Assembly (NCBI GenBank): GCA_040222715.1 | Contig: JAVKCN010000015.1 | Location: 39,163 to 103,162 of the forward strand | Origin: Cyclobacteriaceae bacterium | Lineage (GTDB): Bacteria > Bacteroidota > Bacteroidia > Cytophagales > Cyclobacteriaceae | DNA length: 64,000 nt | Reading direction: 5' to 3' | Shown here: positions 18,705 to 28,994 of the stretch, piece by piece | How positions within the stretch are numbered: position 1 is the first letter of the stretch | Layout: each line of letters opens with the position of its first letter | Notes under the pieces: generated by a model | What the model was told of the DNA's origin: nothing | Database searches by the model: none | What the model saw: the letters and a program-made list of their open reading frames with translations, nothing else | Translations under genes and position numbers: made by a program

Positions 18705-20483
18705 ATGCCAAGAATCTTCTTTCGTTCGCTTATTTTACTTGCCTCCCTCTCCTGTTATTTTATTGCCTGCACTCCCAAGTCCGAGGAAGCTTCTGGTGAC
18801 ACCTCGGGCGAAACCCCCACGGAAGAAGCCTCATTTGTGCGGGATGAATTATCGGTGCAACACGGGCAGGAGTTATTCAACATGTACTGTGCCTCCTGCC
18901 ATAACTTTGACGAAAACAGCATTGGTCCCAACCTGAGCGGGGTAACTACCGAAGTAGAAAAAGATTGGCTGGTATCCTTTATCAACAATGCTCCCAAAGT
19001 GATTGATAGTGGCGACGACCGGGCACAGGAGCTGTTTGCCACCTACAAGCAATACATGCCCGCCTTCACCATGCTGGAAGAAGAGCAGATTGAGCATATC
19101 CTGGGCTTTATCCACAAATTTTCTCAGGGACAACAGAGAAGCCAGAATAACCGCCCCGGTGGAATACTGGACCCTATTCCCGAGAAAATCCCCTCCTCTA
19201 ACCTGGCGCTGGTGCTGGAAAAAGTACTTACCCTGCCCTCCAGTGCGGAAGAAGCCCCTCTGGCCCGCATCAATAAACTTCAGGCAATAAAAGGCAAGGC
19301 TGGCGAGCGGCTCTTCATGCACGACCTGCGCGGTAAACTTTACGAGATCAAGGGCGACAGCTCAGTGGTATATCTGGACCTGGCTGCCGAGCAACCCGAC
19401 TTTATGGAGAACCCTGGCTATGCTACCGGCTTTGGCAGTTTCGATTTCCACCCCGAGTTTGAAAAGAACGGCCTGTTCTACACCTCCCACACTGAACCCG
19501 ATAGCAGCGCGGCGGCTGACTTTGCCCTGCCCGATAGCATTAAGGCCCGACTACAGTGGGTTGTATTAGAGTGGAAGGCGGATGATCCCCAGGCAGGGAC
19601 CTTCTCCGGAACGCATCGGGAATTGCTAAGGATCGAGATGTACGGTACCTCCCACGGTATGCAGGAACTCACCTTCAATCCGCTGGCCAAACCCGGCGAT
19701 GCTGACTACGGCCTGCTGTATATCAGCGTGGGTGACGGGGGCTCCGGCATCAGATACCCCTTCGTAAGTGATAATGATGCCCAGCGTATCTGGGGCAGCG
19801 TCATCCGCATTGACCCCGCGGGCAACAACAGCACCAATGGCCAGTACGGCATTCCGAAGGATAACCCCTTCATTAATAGCCCGGATGCCGTGGATGAAGT
19901 ATGGACCCGAGGGTTCCGCAACCCCCACCGCATCTCCTGGGATCAGGGCGGTTCGGGTAAAATGTTTATCACCAATATTGGGCAGCATAGCGTAGAAGAG
20001 GTAAACTTAGGCATTGCCGGAGCCGACTACGGCTGGCCCAACCGGGAAGGCACCTTCCTGTTTGACCCATTGGCCAACCCCGAAATAGTCTATCCCCTCC
20101 CTGATGACGACTCAGGATACGTTTATCCAGTAGCCCAGTATGACCATGACGAAGGCAATGCCATCTCCGGCGGATTCGCTTATGCCGGTACCAAAGTACC
20201 GCAACTGAAGGGCAAATACGTGTTCGGAGATATTCCCCGAGGTAAAATATTTTACGCAGAAGTAGATGAGATGGAATTGGGTCAGCAGGCTCAGGTCTAC
20301 AGCTTAGGCGTAGAATTCGACGGAAAGCAAACTGATCTGGAAACCCTGACCGAAAACAAACGCGTTGATCTGCGCTTCGGTATCGATAGTACAGGTGAAT
20401 TGTACATCTTTACCAAAAGCAATGCTACTCTCTACAAAGTAGTTGGCTGCAAAACGAGCGCAGATACACTCGAAGCAGGGTAG
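18705..20483 (+). CDS. Cytochrome c / PQQ-dependent sugar (glucose-sorbosone) dehydrogenase fusion lipoprotein
   Basis: Lipobox FIAC; heme motif CASCH; GSDH-like motifs LYISVGDGG, WTRGFRNPHR, DYGWP. Confidence 0.8.
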   Translation: MPRIFFRSLILLASLSCYFIACTPKSEEASGDTSGETPTEEASFVRDELSVQHGQELFNMYCASCHNFDENSIGPNLSGVTTEVEKDWLVSFINNAPKVIDSGDDRAQELFATYKQYMPAFTMLEEEQIEHILGFIHKFSQGQQRSQNNRPGGILDPIPEKIPSSNLALVLEKVLTLPSSAEEAPLARINKLQAIKGKAGERLFMHDLRGKLYEIKGDSSVVYLDLAAEQPDFMENPGYATGFGSFDFHPEFEKNGLFYTSHTEPDSSAAADFALPDSIKARLQWVVLEWKADDPQAGTFSGTHRELLRIEMYGTSHGMQELTFNPLAKPGDADYGLLYISVGDGGSGIRYPFVSDNDAQRIWGSVIRIDPAGNNSTNGQYGIPKDNPFINSPDAVDEVWTRGFRNPHRISWDQGGSGKMFITNIGQHSVEEVNLGIAGADYGWPNREGTFLFDPLANPEIVYPLPDDDSGYVYPVAQYDHDEGNAISGGFAYAGTKVPQLKGKYVFGDIPRGKIFYAEVDEMELGQQAQVYSLGVEFDGKQTDLETLTENKRVDLRFGIDSTGELYIFTKSNATLYKVVGCKTSADTLEAG

Positions 20484-20496
20484 GCACCTTGTCTAT

Positions 20497-21846
20497 TTAC
20501 AAACCCTCGTCATCGTGTAGTAAACCTACAATCCGTTCATAGTCCTGATCGGAAAGCTCAGTAGCATAATCGTAGTGCTTCATAATACGGCGCATGATTT
20601 TGTCCTGCAACTGCCCGATACGCAGAGCCTCCGAATACCGCATATCGGTAAACGTAACCATGGTGTACAATGGCACCCACCGCTCAGGGTAGCGGCGGTG
20701 GAGTTCGGCTTCTATCTTTTTCCGCTCCAGAAATTCCCGATCGGCCACCAGATCGCGCATCTCAATGAAGTTATGCAGCGCCAGTTCGGCTACCGCATCC
20801 GCATCTGGTTTTCGTAAATCCTGGAAGTGCGAGACCAACCCGGCATAATCGTTCCGGTAATTTCCCAGCAGATCCATAAAAATACGAGCGTCTTCAAATC
20901 CGGCATTCATGCCCTGCCCGTAAAATGGCACAATAGCATGGGCCGCATCTCCCATCAGCACGCTCTTGCCATACCGCGACCAGGGGAAGCATTGTATCGT
21001 CACCAGGTCGGAAGTAGGGTTCTGAAAAAACTCTTCTGTCAGTTGAGGCATCACCGCCAGGGCATCCGGGAAGCGTTCTTCAAAAAAGCGTGTTACCTTC
21101 GACGGGCTGTCCAGTTCAGCAAAGGATTCCCTTCCTTCGTAAGGCAGAAACAGCGTGCAGGTGAAACTTCGGTCGTAGTTGGGCAACGCAATCAGCATGT
21201 ATCCACCGCGAGGCCAGATGTGCAGGGCATGCGAGGCCAGGGCGTGCTCTCCCGCTTTTGCCGGAATGGTCAACTCTTTATAACCATGCTCAATATATGA
21301 CTGACTGTAATTGTAGCGGGGCGTTTTTTGCATGGCGGTCCGCAAGGTGGAGTATGCCCCATCCGCACCAATCAGCAGATCCGGCTCGGAAATAAAGGAG
21401 CTTTTGTCTTCCAGATTCAAGATACGCGCCGCTCCTCGTTCCAGGTAAATCTCTTCGCAGCGATGCTCGAAATGCAACTCGGCTCCGGCCTGTTCGGCTT
21501 CTTCTACCAGCAACTGGTTCAGCCCTCCCCGAGACACCGAATAAATTGCCTGATTGTCCGTACCATAGGGTTGAAAAGACAATTCGCCCTGTACGCTGTG
21601 CATCATCCGCCCCCGCATGGCAATGGCCTGCGCCTGAACCTTTTCCCGCAGCCCAGCCTGTTCCAGGGCTTTCCATCCCCGATAGCTCAGCGCCAGATTG
21701 ATAGACCTTCCTACCTCCACCCCACTCTTACGAGGGTCAGGGCGCTTTTCGTAGAGTTGTACCCGGTAGTTCTTTTGGGCCAATAAGGTACTGAGCAGTG
21801 CCCCGGACAGGCCCGCTCCTAAAATAGTCATGGTAGCTTGGTTCAT
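20497..21846 (-). CDS. kmo: Kynurenine 3-monooxygenase
   Basis: GAGLSG, GRSINLALSYRG, GDAAHAIVPFYGQGMNAGFED; coupled to kynU. Confidence 0.93.
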   Translation of the reverse strand: MNQATMTILGAGLSGALLSTLLAQKNYRVQLYEKRPDPRKSGVEVGRSINLALSYRGWKALEQAGLREKVQAQAIAMRGRMMHSVQGELSFQPYGTDNQAIYSVSRGGLNQLLVEEAEQAGAELHFEHRCEEIYLERGAARILNLEDKSSFISEPDLLIGADGAYSTLRTAMQKTPRYNYSQSYIEHGYKELTIPAKAGEHALASHALHIWPRGGYMLIALPNYDRSFTCTLFLPYEGRESFAELDSPSKVTRFFEERFPDALAVMPQLTEEFFQNPTSDLVTIQCFPWSRYGKSVLMGDAAHAIVPFYGQGMNAGFEDARIFMDLLGNYRNDYAGLVSHFQDLRKPDADAVAELALHNFIEMRDLVADREFLERKKIEAELHRRYPERWVPLYTMVTFTDMRYSEALRIGQLQDKIMRRIMKHYDYATELSDQDYERIVGLLHDDEGL

Positions 21847-23111
21847 AATGGAAGGGTCTGGCGAAGGATCTCGCAGAACTGATATACTTCGGTAAAGGTG
21901 TTGTACAGTGGCGTAGGAGCCACGCGGATGACGCCCGGTTCCCGCCAGTCGGCAATGATACCAGATTGGGTTAGATTTTCAAAGACCTGTTTACCCTGTC
22001 GGGAGAATACCAGTGATAACTGACAGCCTCGTTCCTCCCCATTCGTAGGAGTTATAATGGTTACATAATGGCCCTTCGGGTCTAGGTTTTGGATACATTC
22101 TTCCAGAAAACCAGTGAGTTTCAGGCTTTTGGCACGTAGTCGGTCCATACCTGCCTGGTCAATAACCTCCAACGCCGCCCGTTGCGCCGCCAGGGGCAAA
22201 ATGTTAGCGTTGCTGAGTTGCCAGCCATCCACTCCGTACATTGGCTTAAAGCCCGGCTTCATCTGAAAGCGTTCTTCTTCCCGGTGCCCCCACCATCCCG
22301 CAAGGCGTAGCATGTCGGGATCATCGGCGTAGCGTTCGTGTACAAAAGCGCCCCCGGTATTTCCCGGGCCAGCATTCAGGTATTTGTAGCTACACCATAC
22401 TGCAAAGTCTACGTCCCAGTTGTGCAACTGTAAAGGTACATTCCCGATGGCATGCGCCAGATCATATCCAACTTTTGCTCCAGCCTGATGGGCCGCCACC
22501 GCCATGGCCTCTAATTCAAAGAACTGTCCGGTATAATACTGAATACCCGGTAGCAATACCAGAGCTAATGAGTCACGATGCTGATCAATGGCTTGCAGCA
22601 CATCTTCTGTATACAATAGCTCTTCCCCCATACGGGGTTTCAACTCTACCAGTGCCCGTTCAGGATCAAGACCATGCCAGCGGATTTGGCTTTCTACAGC
22701 ATAATGGTCGGAGGGAAAAGCTCCTGCCTCAATCAGAATTTTGTACCGCTCGGGAGTTGGTTGGTAGAAGGACGCCATCAACAAGTGGAGGTTGGTGGTC
22801 AGGTTATTCATAGCCACCACCTCATGTGCTTTCGCACCTGCCAAATGGGCCAGCGGTTTCTTCAGTTGCTTATGGTACGTCCACCAGGGATCAGGTTCAG
22901 CGAAGTGTCCTTCTACCCCTTTGGTTCGCCAATTTTGCAATTCTTTCTCTACCGCCGCCGCTACCGCCTTTGGCTGAAGCCCCAGCGAGTTACCGCAAAA
23001 ATAAATTAATTCTTTACCCTGGGCATCCGTAGGAATATGAAACCGGTTGCGAAAATCGCGCAGTTCATCTTCCTGATCGTAGGTTTGGGCCTGATTGTGC
23101 AGATCATTCAT
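21843..23111 (-). CDS. kynU: Kynureninase
   Basis: YFCGNSLGLQP; PLP lysine motif DFAVWCSYKYLNAGPG. Confidence 0.95.
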   Translation of the reverse strand: MNDLHNQAQTYDQEDELRDFRNRFHIPTDAQGKELIYFCGNSLGLQPKAVAAAVEKELQNWRTKGVEGHFAEPDPWWTYHKQLKKPLAHLAGAKAHEVVAMNNLTTNLHLLMASFYQPTPERYKILIEAGAFPSDHYAVESQIRWHGLDPERALVELKPRMGEELLYTEDVLQAIDQHRDSLALVLLPGIQYYTGQFFELEAMAVAAHQAGAKVGYDLAHAIGNVPLQLHNWDVDFAVWCSYKYLNAGPGNTGGAFVHERYADDPDMLRLAGWWGHREEERFQMKPGFKPMYGVDGWQLSNANILPLAAQRAALEVIDQAGMDRLRAKSLKLTGFLEECIQNLDPKGHYVTIITPTNGEERGCQLSLVFSRQGKQVFENLTQSGIIADWREPGVIRVAPTPLYNTFTEVYQFCEILRQTLPL

Positions 23112-23152
23112 ATTTTTATAACTTCACCCGAAGCAAAAAAGATGGCACAAAA

Positions 23153-23944
23153 ATGATGAATCTTACCTTAAAGGACAAAAAAGCAATTATTTGTGGAAGT
23201 ACGGACGGTATTGGCAAAGCCTGCGCCCTGGAAATCGCGGCCCTTGGGGCCAGTGTGACGCTGGTTGCCCGTAATGAAGCAAAGCTAAAGCAGACTCTCA
23301 CCGAGTTGCCAACTTCCGATGGGCAAACCCACGATTATCTCTGTGCAGACTTCCAACAGCCAGAGTATCTGAAAGCTGTGATACAAGATTACATGAGCAA
23401 ACAGTCAGAAATTCATATTCTGGTAAACAATACCGGTGGTCCTCCCGCTGGGCCAGCCCACGAAGCCAGCCTGGATGCGTTTCGTAAAGGGTTTGAAATG
23501 CATGTGATCAGTAACCAGATCCTGGTACAAGCCGTGTTGCCCAAGATGAAGTCGGCAGGTTATGGACGGATCATTAATATCATTTCTACCTCGGTGAAGG
23601 CGCCTATTCCCGGCTTAGGAGTATCCAATACGATTCGGGGTGCGGTGGGCAACTGGGCAAAAACGCTTTCCAAAGAACTGGGATCGTTCAGCATTACGGT
23701 GAATAATGTACTGCCGGGATCAACAGAAACGGGTCGTATTCGTGATCTGATTAAAAACCGGGCGACGAGTCAGGGAAAAACTACGGAAGAGATTGAGAAA
23801 AGTATGAAGGAGCAGATTCCGGTAGGGCGTTTTGCCGAGCCTGCCGAGATTGGTTACGCAGTAGCATTTCTGGCCTCTCCGGCAGCCGCGTATATTTCAG
23901 GGGTGAACCTAACGGTTGATGGGGGGAAGATGGGGAGCGCTTGA
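23153..23944 (+). CDS. SDR family oxidoreductase
   Basis: CGSTDGIG, LVNNTGGP, ITVNNVLPG, VDGG; lacks a canonical YxxxK (SNTIR instead). Confidence 0.85.
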   Translation: MMNLTLKDKKAIICGSTDGIGKACALEIAALGASVTLVARNEAKLKQTLTELPTSDGQTHDYLCADFQQPEYLKAVIQDYMSKQSEIHILVNNTGGPPAGPAHEASLDAFRKGFEMHVISNQILVQAVLPKMKSAGYGRIINIISTSVKAPIPGLGVSNTIRGAVGNWAKTLSKELGSFSITVNNVLPGSTETGRIRDLIKNRATSQGKTTEEIEKSMKEQIPVGRFAEPAEIGYAVAFLASPAAAYISGVNLTVDGGKMGSA

Positions 23945-23957
23945 AAATGGGAAGCCA

Positions 23958-23993
23958 TTGGCAGGAGGCAGAAGAAATACTACCTCCTGCTAA
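23958..23993. terminator. Hairpin between convergent genes (REP-like family member)
   Basis: TTGGCAGGAGG ... CCTCCTGCTAA, 11-bp stem with one G-U pair. Confidence 0.5.
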
Positions 23994-23999
23994 CAGTTC

Positions 24000-24740
24000 C
24001 TAGACTGAAACTAATGTTTTACCCGCTTCTTTAGGGTTTTTCTTCAGTTTGGCGATGTTGAATACTTTTTGGGTCTTGTACTTGGTATAACTGCACTCAT
24101 AGTGCTTGATCAGAATACCTTCCTTCTCTTCGGTAGGTGACTCGATGAGTTCTTCGCGCACCACACGTAAGGTATAATAGCCGCAGGTAGGCGATTTCTC
24201 AGCATGCAAGTGGCCTTTGTATTTCTCAATCACAGTCTCATCCGAGGCTTCGTCAACCCAAACATCGTAATCCACTGAAAAGATGTTTTCTTCGGCTTGT
24301 TGTCCTTCATCCAGATATACATCTTCTTCTTCTTCACTCAACAACTTCATTTCGTTGCCAGCTTTAGAAAAACGAGGTTTGTAACGTAACTTATGCAACC
24401 GTTCTTCAATAAAAGTAGGATAATAGTATTCTAAATAATTAAAGAGTACTACTCCGATAATCAGGCCGAACATGATAGAAACAAACAGGCCAACAAACAC
24501 GAACATCCACTCAGTAGCCAGAATAGAAGTAACGTAGCAGGCTCCTGCCGAAATAAAGGCAATACTACCATACCAAAGCAGCTTCTTTTCGTTCTGGTTG
24601 ATAAAGTCGTATTTCGCTTTATAATCTTTGGTGGTCACTAACTTTGCAAATAGATACAGTAGTATTAAAATGCCCACTCCAATGCATACGAAGGTTCCGT
24701 AGAAGAGCACTTGTCTGAAAATTGCCAGAAAACTTTCCAT
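24000..24740 (-). CDS. Conserved hypothetical membrane protein
   Basis: Three TM segments, then a soluble acidic domain with a zinc-ribbon-like C-terminus. Confidence 0.7.
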   Translation of the reverse strand: MESFLAIFRQVLFYGTFVCIGVGILILLYLFAKLVTTKDYKAKYDFINQNEKKLLWYGSIAFISAGACYVTSILATEWMFVFVGLFVSIMFGLIIGVVLFNYLEYYYPTFIEERLHKLRYKPRFSKAGNEMKLLSEEEEDVYLDEGQQAEENIFSVDYDVWVDEASDETVIEKYKGHLHAEKSPTCGYYTLRVVREELIESPTEEKEGILIKHYECSYTKYKTQKVFNIAKLKKNPKEAGKTLVSV

Positions 24741-24977
24741 GACCTAACCTATTAAATGGTAAATATTTTAATAAAAGATTGTTGTACAAATAACGCAACT
24801 GAATAGCACAAAAGTACTCTAAAATTTAAAGAAAAGGGTGATTACCACTCCGTTATCTTAAGGGTTTTCTTACATACCTCACTAAAAAATATTTCCTAGA
24901 AAATATACGTAAAAAACGGCAATAAGTAAAGTCATCTTCCCAATACTCATTCCGCTAAGGTCAATCTAATCAGCCAC

Positions 24978-25792
24978 CTACAGTTTTTTTTCAATAAACC
25001 GGATAATCATTCTAAACAGATGCAACCGAGGCTCCTTTCCAACTAGTACTGTGGCTCCGATTTCGATAGTAGTAAAGACTCAAAGGGCTTATTTGCGGCA
25101 GCCAAAGTATCCTGCATCGCAACGGTATTTTAAAAGTGAACATGATCATCTCCGGTACCATGAGTTAGCAACAGATTGCCTTTTGGCTAGGATCAGGGGT
25201 AAGTATTTACCTTGGTCTTTCCGTATTGAATAGCAGGATTTGAAGATAGTGATTGGTGTAAATTGTATCATAAAACTGCCAGTTCGTGACGGGGCTTACA
25301 TAAACTCCGGCTTCAAACACCTCTTTCCCCAACAATATATTGCGTAAGGTCATGTAACCTCCGTAGCTCCATCCCAAAATGCCTATTGATGCTGATCTAC
25401 GCGGAAGAGCGAAGCAAAATAATGGGCACTGCTATTTGATCAGCTATTTCCCAACTACTCATAGGTGAAGGCACAGACCTCTTTCCCTCACGCTTCGGTG
25501 CCCTGATTATCCACATAAACCTCCAAACAGCCTTTTTCTTGCCAGGTAATGAAACCAGGGTTCGTGTGGATATCATATTGAGTTACATGCTGGTAATCAT
25601 CATTTTCGTCCTGCACCTGCGCGGTAGAGTAGCGCCCATTGCCACCCCGTTGATTCCCTGAACATCCACCTGCGTGAATAGCTCCCACTCATAGATATCC
25701 TCCAGGGTCGGAGATTAAGGTTAGACAAACTCTTCGGATTGGATAAAGATACTGGATGTCCGTAAATACAAAAAAACAAAGCTTCTTTTCAT
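24978..25792 (-). pseudogene. Dipeptidyl-peptidase IV (S9B) pseudogene with frameshifts, stops and a large internal deletion
   Basis: Manual translation across frames gives YVDNQGT, GILGWSYGGYMT (25374-25357), SPVTNWQFYDTIYT, LLLTHGTGDDHVHF* (25162-25145), NRSHS and FIEKKL* (TAG 24978). Confidence 0.85.
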
Positions 25793-26077
25793 AAAATTTG
25801 ATACTTCGGGCATTTTCTTACATGGCTATCTGTATAACTACTTAATAGCCTCACAGCCTATGTAATCCTTTTAAGAGAAACAAAACAGTTTGCTGGGAGT
25901 GCAGTTATATACGGTAACTATTGCTAAATATGATTTTTTGAAGTAATAGGCATCTATTTTCTGGGCATTTTTTTTAATACCAACGCGAGATGGCTTTCAT
26001 AAATACATTATTTCTTACAAGTAGTCCGCGTAACCTTATGTGTGTGGTATAGTTTATGTACAGATAATTCGATCCTT

Positions 26078-26398
26078 ATGGGCGCTAAAAAAAGAACTTT
26101 TAACGAATTAATTACGCAATCTGAGATACCAGTATTGGTCGATTTTTATGCTACCTGGTGTGGGCCCTGTCAGGCGCTGAGTCCGGTAGTAAGCGACGTT
26201 GCAAACAATTTTAAGGGTGAGCTCAAAGTAATCAAAGTAGATGTTGACAAAAACCAGCAGGCTGCTTTGAAATACGGTATTCAGGGAGTTCCTACACTGA
26301 TTTTATTTCAGAAAGGAAAAATTCTCTGGCGAAAATCAGGATTAATGACCCGCAAAGAACTCAGCAAACTGATACAAGGCGCCATGCACAAAAATTAA
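26078..26398 (+). CDS. trxA: Thioredoxin
   Basis: LVDFYATWCGPC; probable start ATG 26078. Confidence 0.93.
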   Translation: MGAKKRTFNELITQSEIPVLVDFYATWCGPCQALSPVVSDVANNFKGELKVIKVDVDKNQQAALKYGIQGVPTLILFQKGKILWRKSGLMTRKELSKLIQGAMHKN

Positions 26399-26446
26399 AT
26401 CTTTATAAACCACAAACTATTTTCCATTAAACAAACACAGACAATT

Positions 26447-27400
26447 ATGAAGAAATTATTGTATTCATTTTTATGGCTTTTTACTGTAGGAGGTTTTCTA
26501 TTTCTTACCAGTTGCGGTGAAGACGGCGAGGATATTCTCCCAATCACTAATCCTACAATTACCGGATTTCAGGTAGACAACTCAGACACTACCGGTATTA
26601 CTGCAGAGCCAGGTGATGCTGTTACTGTTAGTGTTGCCTATGATCTAGACGGTGCTACCGGTATCTCTTTAATTGCTTACATTGGCGATAGTGCAATCAT
26701 ATCGGCACTTCCGCTGAGTGAGACATCTGCTAACCCTATTCAGACCAATTTCACTGTTCCTGCTGATGCAATGGAAGATTTTACGGTAGAATACGAGTTA
26801 ATGGATGCTGATAGCGCATCAGTTGACAGTGAAAACTTCGACGTTACAGTAGACGTATCGATAGATGCAACGGAGTACTCAGCTGTATTGCTAGCCGCTC
26901 CGGTTGGACAACAAGCGGGCGAACGTACTTCTGAGACATTCTTCAGCGCTACGGACGGAGAAACTTATTCGGTAGACGATGTAGTTGCTGGTACCGATGT
27001 TTCTTCGGCTGATATTCACTTTGGTTATTATTACGGTAATACTGGTTTGGCATCTATTGCTTCTCCGGCAGAGTATCCAACCAGTGTATATGACCTGAGC
27101 GCTTCTGGAGCAAACTGGGGAACTCTTAACGAAACCATGTTCCGCGAAGTAACGGACCTTACAGCCGATGATTTTGACGCGCTTATCCGAAGCGATGAGG
27201 TTGCGGCTTTGTTTGAAACAGCAGGAAACGCTAATGAGGCCGGTATTCTCAATCAGATTGATGAAGGAGCAATTTATGCTTTCAGCTTTAGCGAAGGTGA
27301 TGAAACTCGTTTCGGTGTATTCATGGTAGAAGAAATTGAGCCAGGCTTCGAATCAAATGACTATATGACCATTTCGGTAAAAATAGCCAACGAAGAGTAA
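26447..27400 (+). CDS. Hypothetical acidic lipoprotein
   Basis: Lipobox LTSC; very Asp/Glu-rich, beta-rich sequence; own terminator. Confidence 0.75.
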   Translation: MKKLLYSFLWLFTVGGFLFLTSCGEDGEDILPITNPTITGFQVDNSDTTGITAEPGDAVTVSVAYDLDGATGISLIAYIGDSAIISALPLSETSANPIQTNFTVPADAMEDFTVEYELMDADSASVDSENFDVTVDVSIDATEYSAVLLAAPVGQQAGERTSETFFSATDGETYSVDDVVAGTDVSSADIHFGYYYGNTGLASIASPAEYPTSVYDLSASGANWGTLNETMFREVTDLTADDFDALIRSDEVAALFETAGNANEAGILNQIDEGAIYAFSFSEGDETRFGVFMVEEIEPGFESNDYMTISVKIANEE

Positions 27401-27422
27401 GAATAAATAATTAGTATTTAAT

Positions 27423-27451
27423 AAAAAAGGCTTCTTAAGGGAGCCTTTTTT
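27423..27451 (+). terminator. Rho-independent terminator
   Basis: AAAAAAGGCTTC-TTAAG-GGAGCCTTTTTT. Confidence 0.8.
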
Positions 27452-27752
27452 ACTTTGTATGAACCCTATAATACTTATTTCAGGATGGGTCATATGAGTG
27501 ATTCTTTACAACAGTTTTATCAGTTAAGTACCCGACCAGAAATAAGTATAATCAATACGTCATCGCGAACGAATGTGAGGCGATCTTACGCCACGGCAGA
27601 CCGCTTTGCAGAGCCTCGCGGTGACGTCTGGAAAAATGATACTTTAATTTGGTTGGATACTTATCTCAGATAATAATTGATGTAATTTTGCTCTGCAAAC
27701 ACGAAAGTCTGGTATTTCACTTTCTTATAAAAAACTTTCTTTAAATAGGAAC

Positions 27753-27783
27753 TTTGATTCTCGCATAGCGTTTCCTATATTTG
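27753..27783 (+). promoter_or_regulatory. Bacteroidota primary-sigma promoter of rplS
   Basis: TTTG (27753), 19-nt spacer, TATATTTG (27776-27783), ~40 nt before the ATG. Confidence 0.7.
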
Positions 27784-27824
27784 CAGTCCTTTTCTGGGGA
27801 AGACTATTTTCAACGAACGATATC

Positions 27825-28196
27825 ATGAGCGATCTACTAGCATTTGTGGAACAAGAAACCGCGCAGGATAAGCGGGCTAACCACCCTGACTTTCAGGCCG
27901 GAGATACTGTTAATGTCCACGTAAAAATTACGGAGGGAAATAAGGAACGTATTCAGCAATTCCAGGGTGTGGTTATTCAACGAAAGAATGGCAACACCAG
28001 TGGTGAAACCTTCACGGTACGTAAAGTATCAAACAGTGTAGGTGTTGAGCGTATCTTTCCTTTTTTATCTCCCAGCATCGAAAAAATTGAAGTTGTTCGG
28101 CGAGGTAAAGTTCGGCGTGCCCGCCTGTATTACCTGCGAGGACGTCAGGGAAAAGCGGCTCGTATCAAAGAGCGTCGTCAGCATTCTTCAAAATAA
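27825..28196 (+). CDS. rplS: 50S ribosomal protein L19
   Basis: [26 protein letters not shown]...GVERIFP...[13 protein letters not shown]. Confidence 0.98.
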   Translation: MSDLLAFVEQETAQDKRANHPDFQAGDTVNVHVKITEGNKERIQQFQGVVIQRKNGNTSGETFTVRKVSNSVGVERIFPFLSPSIEKIEVVRRGKVRRARLYYLRGRQGKAARIKERRQHSSK

Positions 28197-28217
28197 CGAC
28201 ACACATTATCATAAAAG

Positions 28218-28247
28218 AAAAGCGATGGTATTCCCATCGCTTTTTTT
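28218..28247 (+). terminator. Rho-independent terminator (bidirectional)
   Basis: AAAAGCGATGG-TATTC-CCATCGCTTTTTTT. Confidence 0.85.
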
Positions 28248-28274
28248 GTGCCTGATGATTGCGTGCGCTTATTT

Positions 28275-28775
28275 CTATTTCAGCCCTTTCATTTTCTCAT
28301 AGTCCATCTCGTCAGCGGGCTGGCTTTCCGGCCCTTCTTCAGTCACTTTTGCCGAACCTTCATAACCTTCGTGGGGATGGTCGGCAGTTTGTTCAGCCTG
28401 GTAATCCTCCTGACTTACGTCTTCTCTGGTCAGAAAATCACGGTAGCCATAATATTCCAGTAAACGCCCTACTTCCTCCCGGTCATAGTTTCTCAATTTA
28501 TCCAGATCCAGCTTTGGTGCATTGGTGAGTTTATCCCGACGTGCTTCCAGTAAAACTGAACCCGAATTGGTATTAAACTTCAACATAGGCCAGAGTAAAG
28601 CATAGGTATCACTGCCAATCCCCAGAAACCCTCCTTCAGATAGCACGACAAACATGGGCTGGTTGGTCTCCGGATTCATGAACACGTCCTGAATTACCCC
28701 CACTTTTTCTTCAACCGCATCGTATACGGTTTTATCAAGAATATGGTCTTTTACTGATAAAAATTTCGGAATCAT
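28275..28775 (-). CDS. PRC-barrel domain protein
   Basis: EEKVGVIQDVFM...FVVLSEGGFLGIG...ALLWPML...LTNAP. Confidence 0.85.
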   Translation of the reverse strand: MIPKFLSVKDHILDKTVYDAVEEKVGVIQDVFMNPETNQPMFVVLSEGGFLGIGSDTYALLWPMLKFNTNSGSVLLEARRDKLTNAPKLDLDKLRNYDREEVGRLLEYYGYRDFLTREDVSQEDYQAEQTADHPHEGYEGSAKVTEEGPESQPADEMDYEKMKGLK

Positions 28776-28994
28776 GGCGATGGGTGTTGAATTTAAAAAA
28801 ATTGACAACTGCAGCACCAGCTTTTATAAAGCATAAAAAATACATTGTACTGCTACCGAATAAAACCGCCGGCTATGGAAAAAGTTTGCTATAATCCTTA
28901 AAATCGCACACCAACAATTGGGCAGACTTCTCTCAACTACCTACGATAAATCTGGCAACGGCCAGTTGCAGAAACTCATTGAGTATGATCGCTT

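Noticed and set aside
27455-27673. 72-aa ORF upstream of rplS
   Set aside because: No recognisable motif or signal; its start lies immediately after a terminator; cannot be supported.
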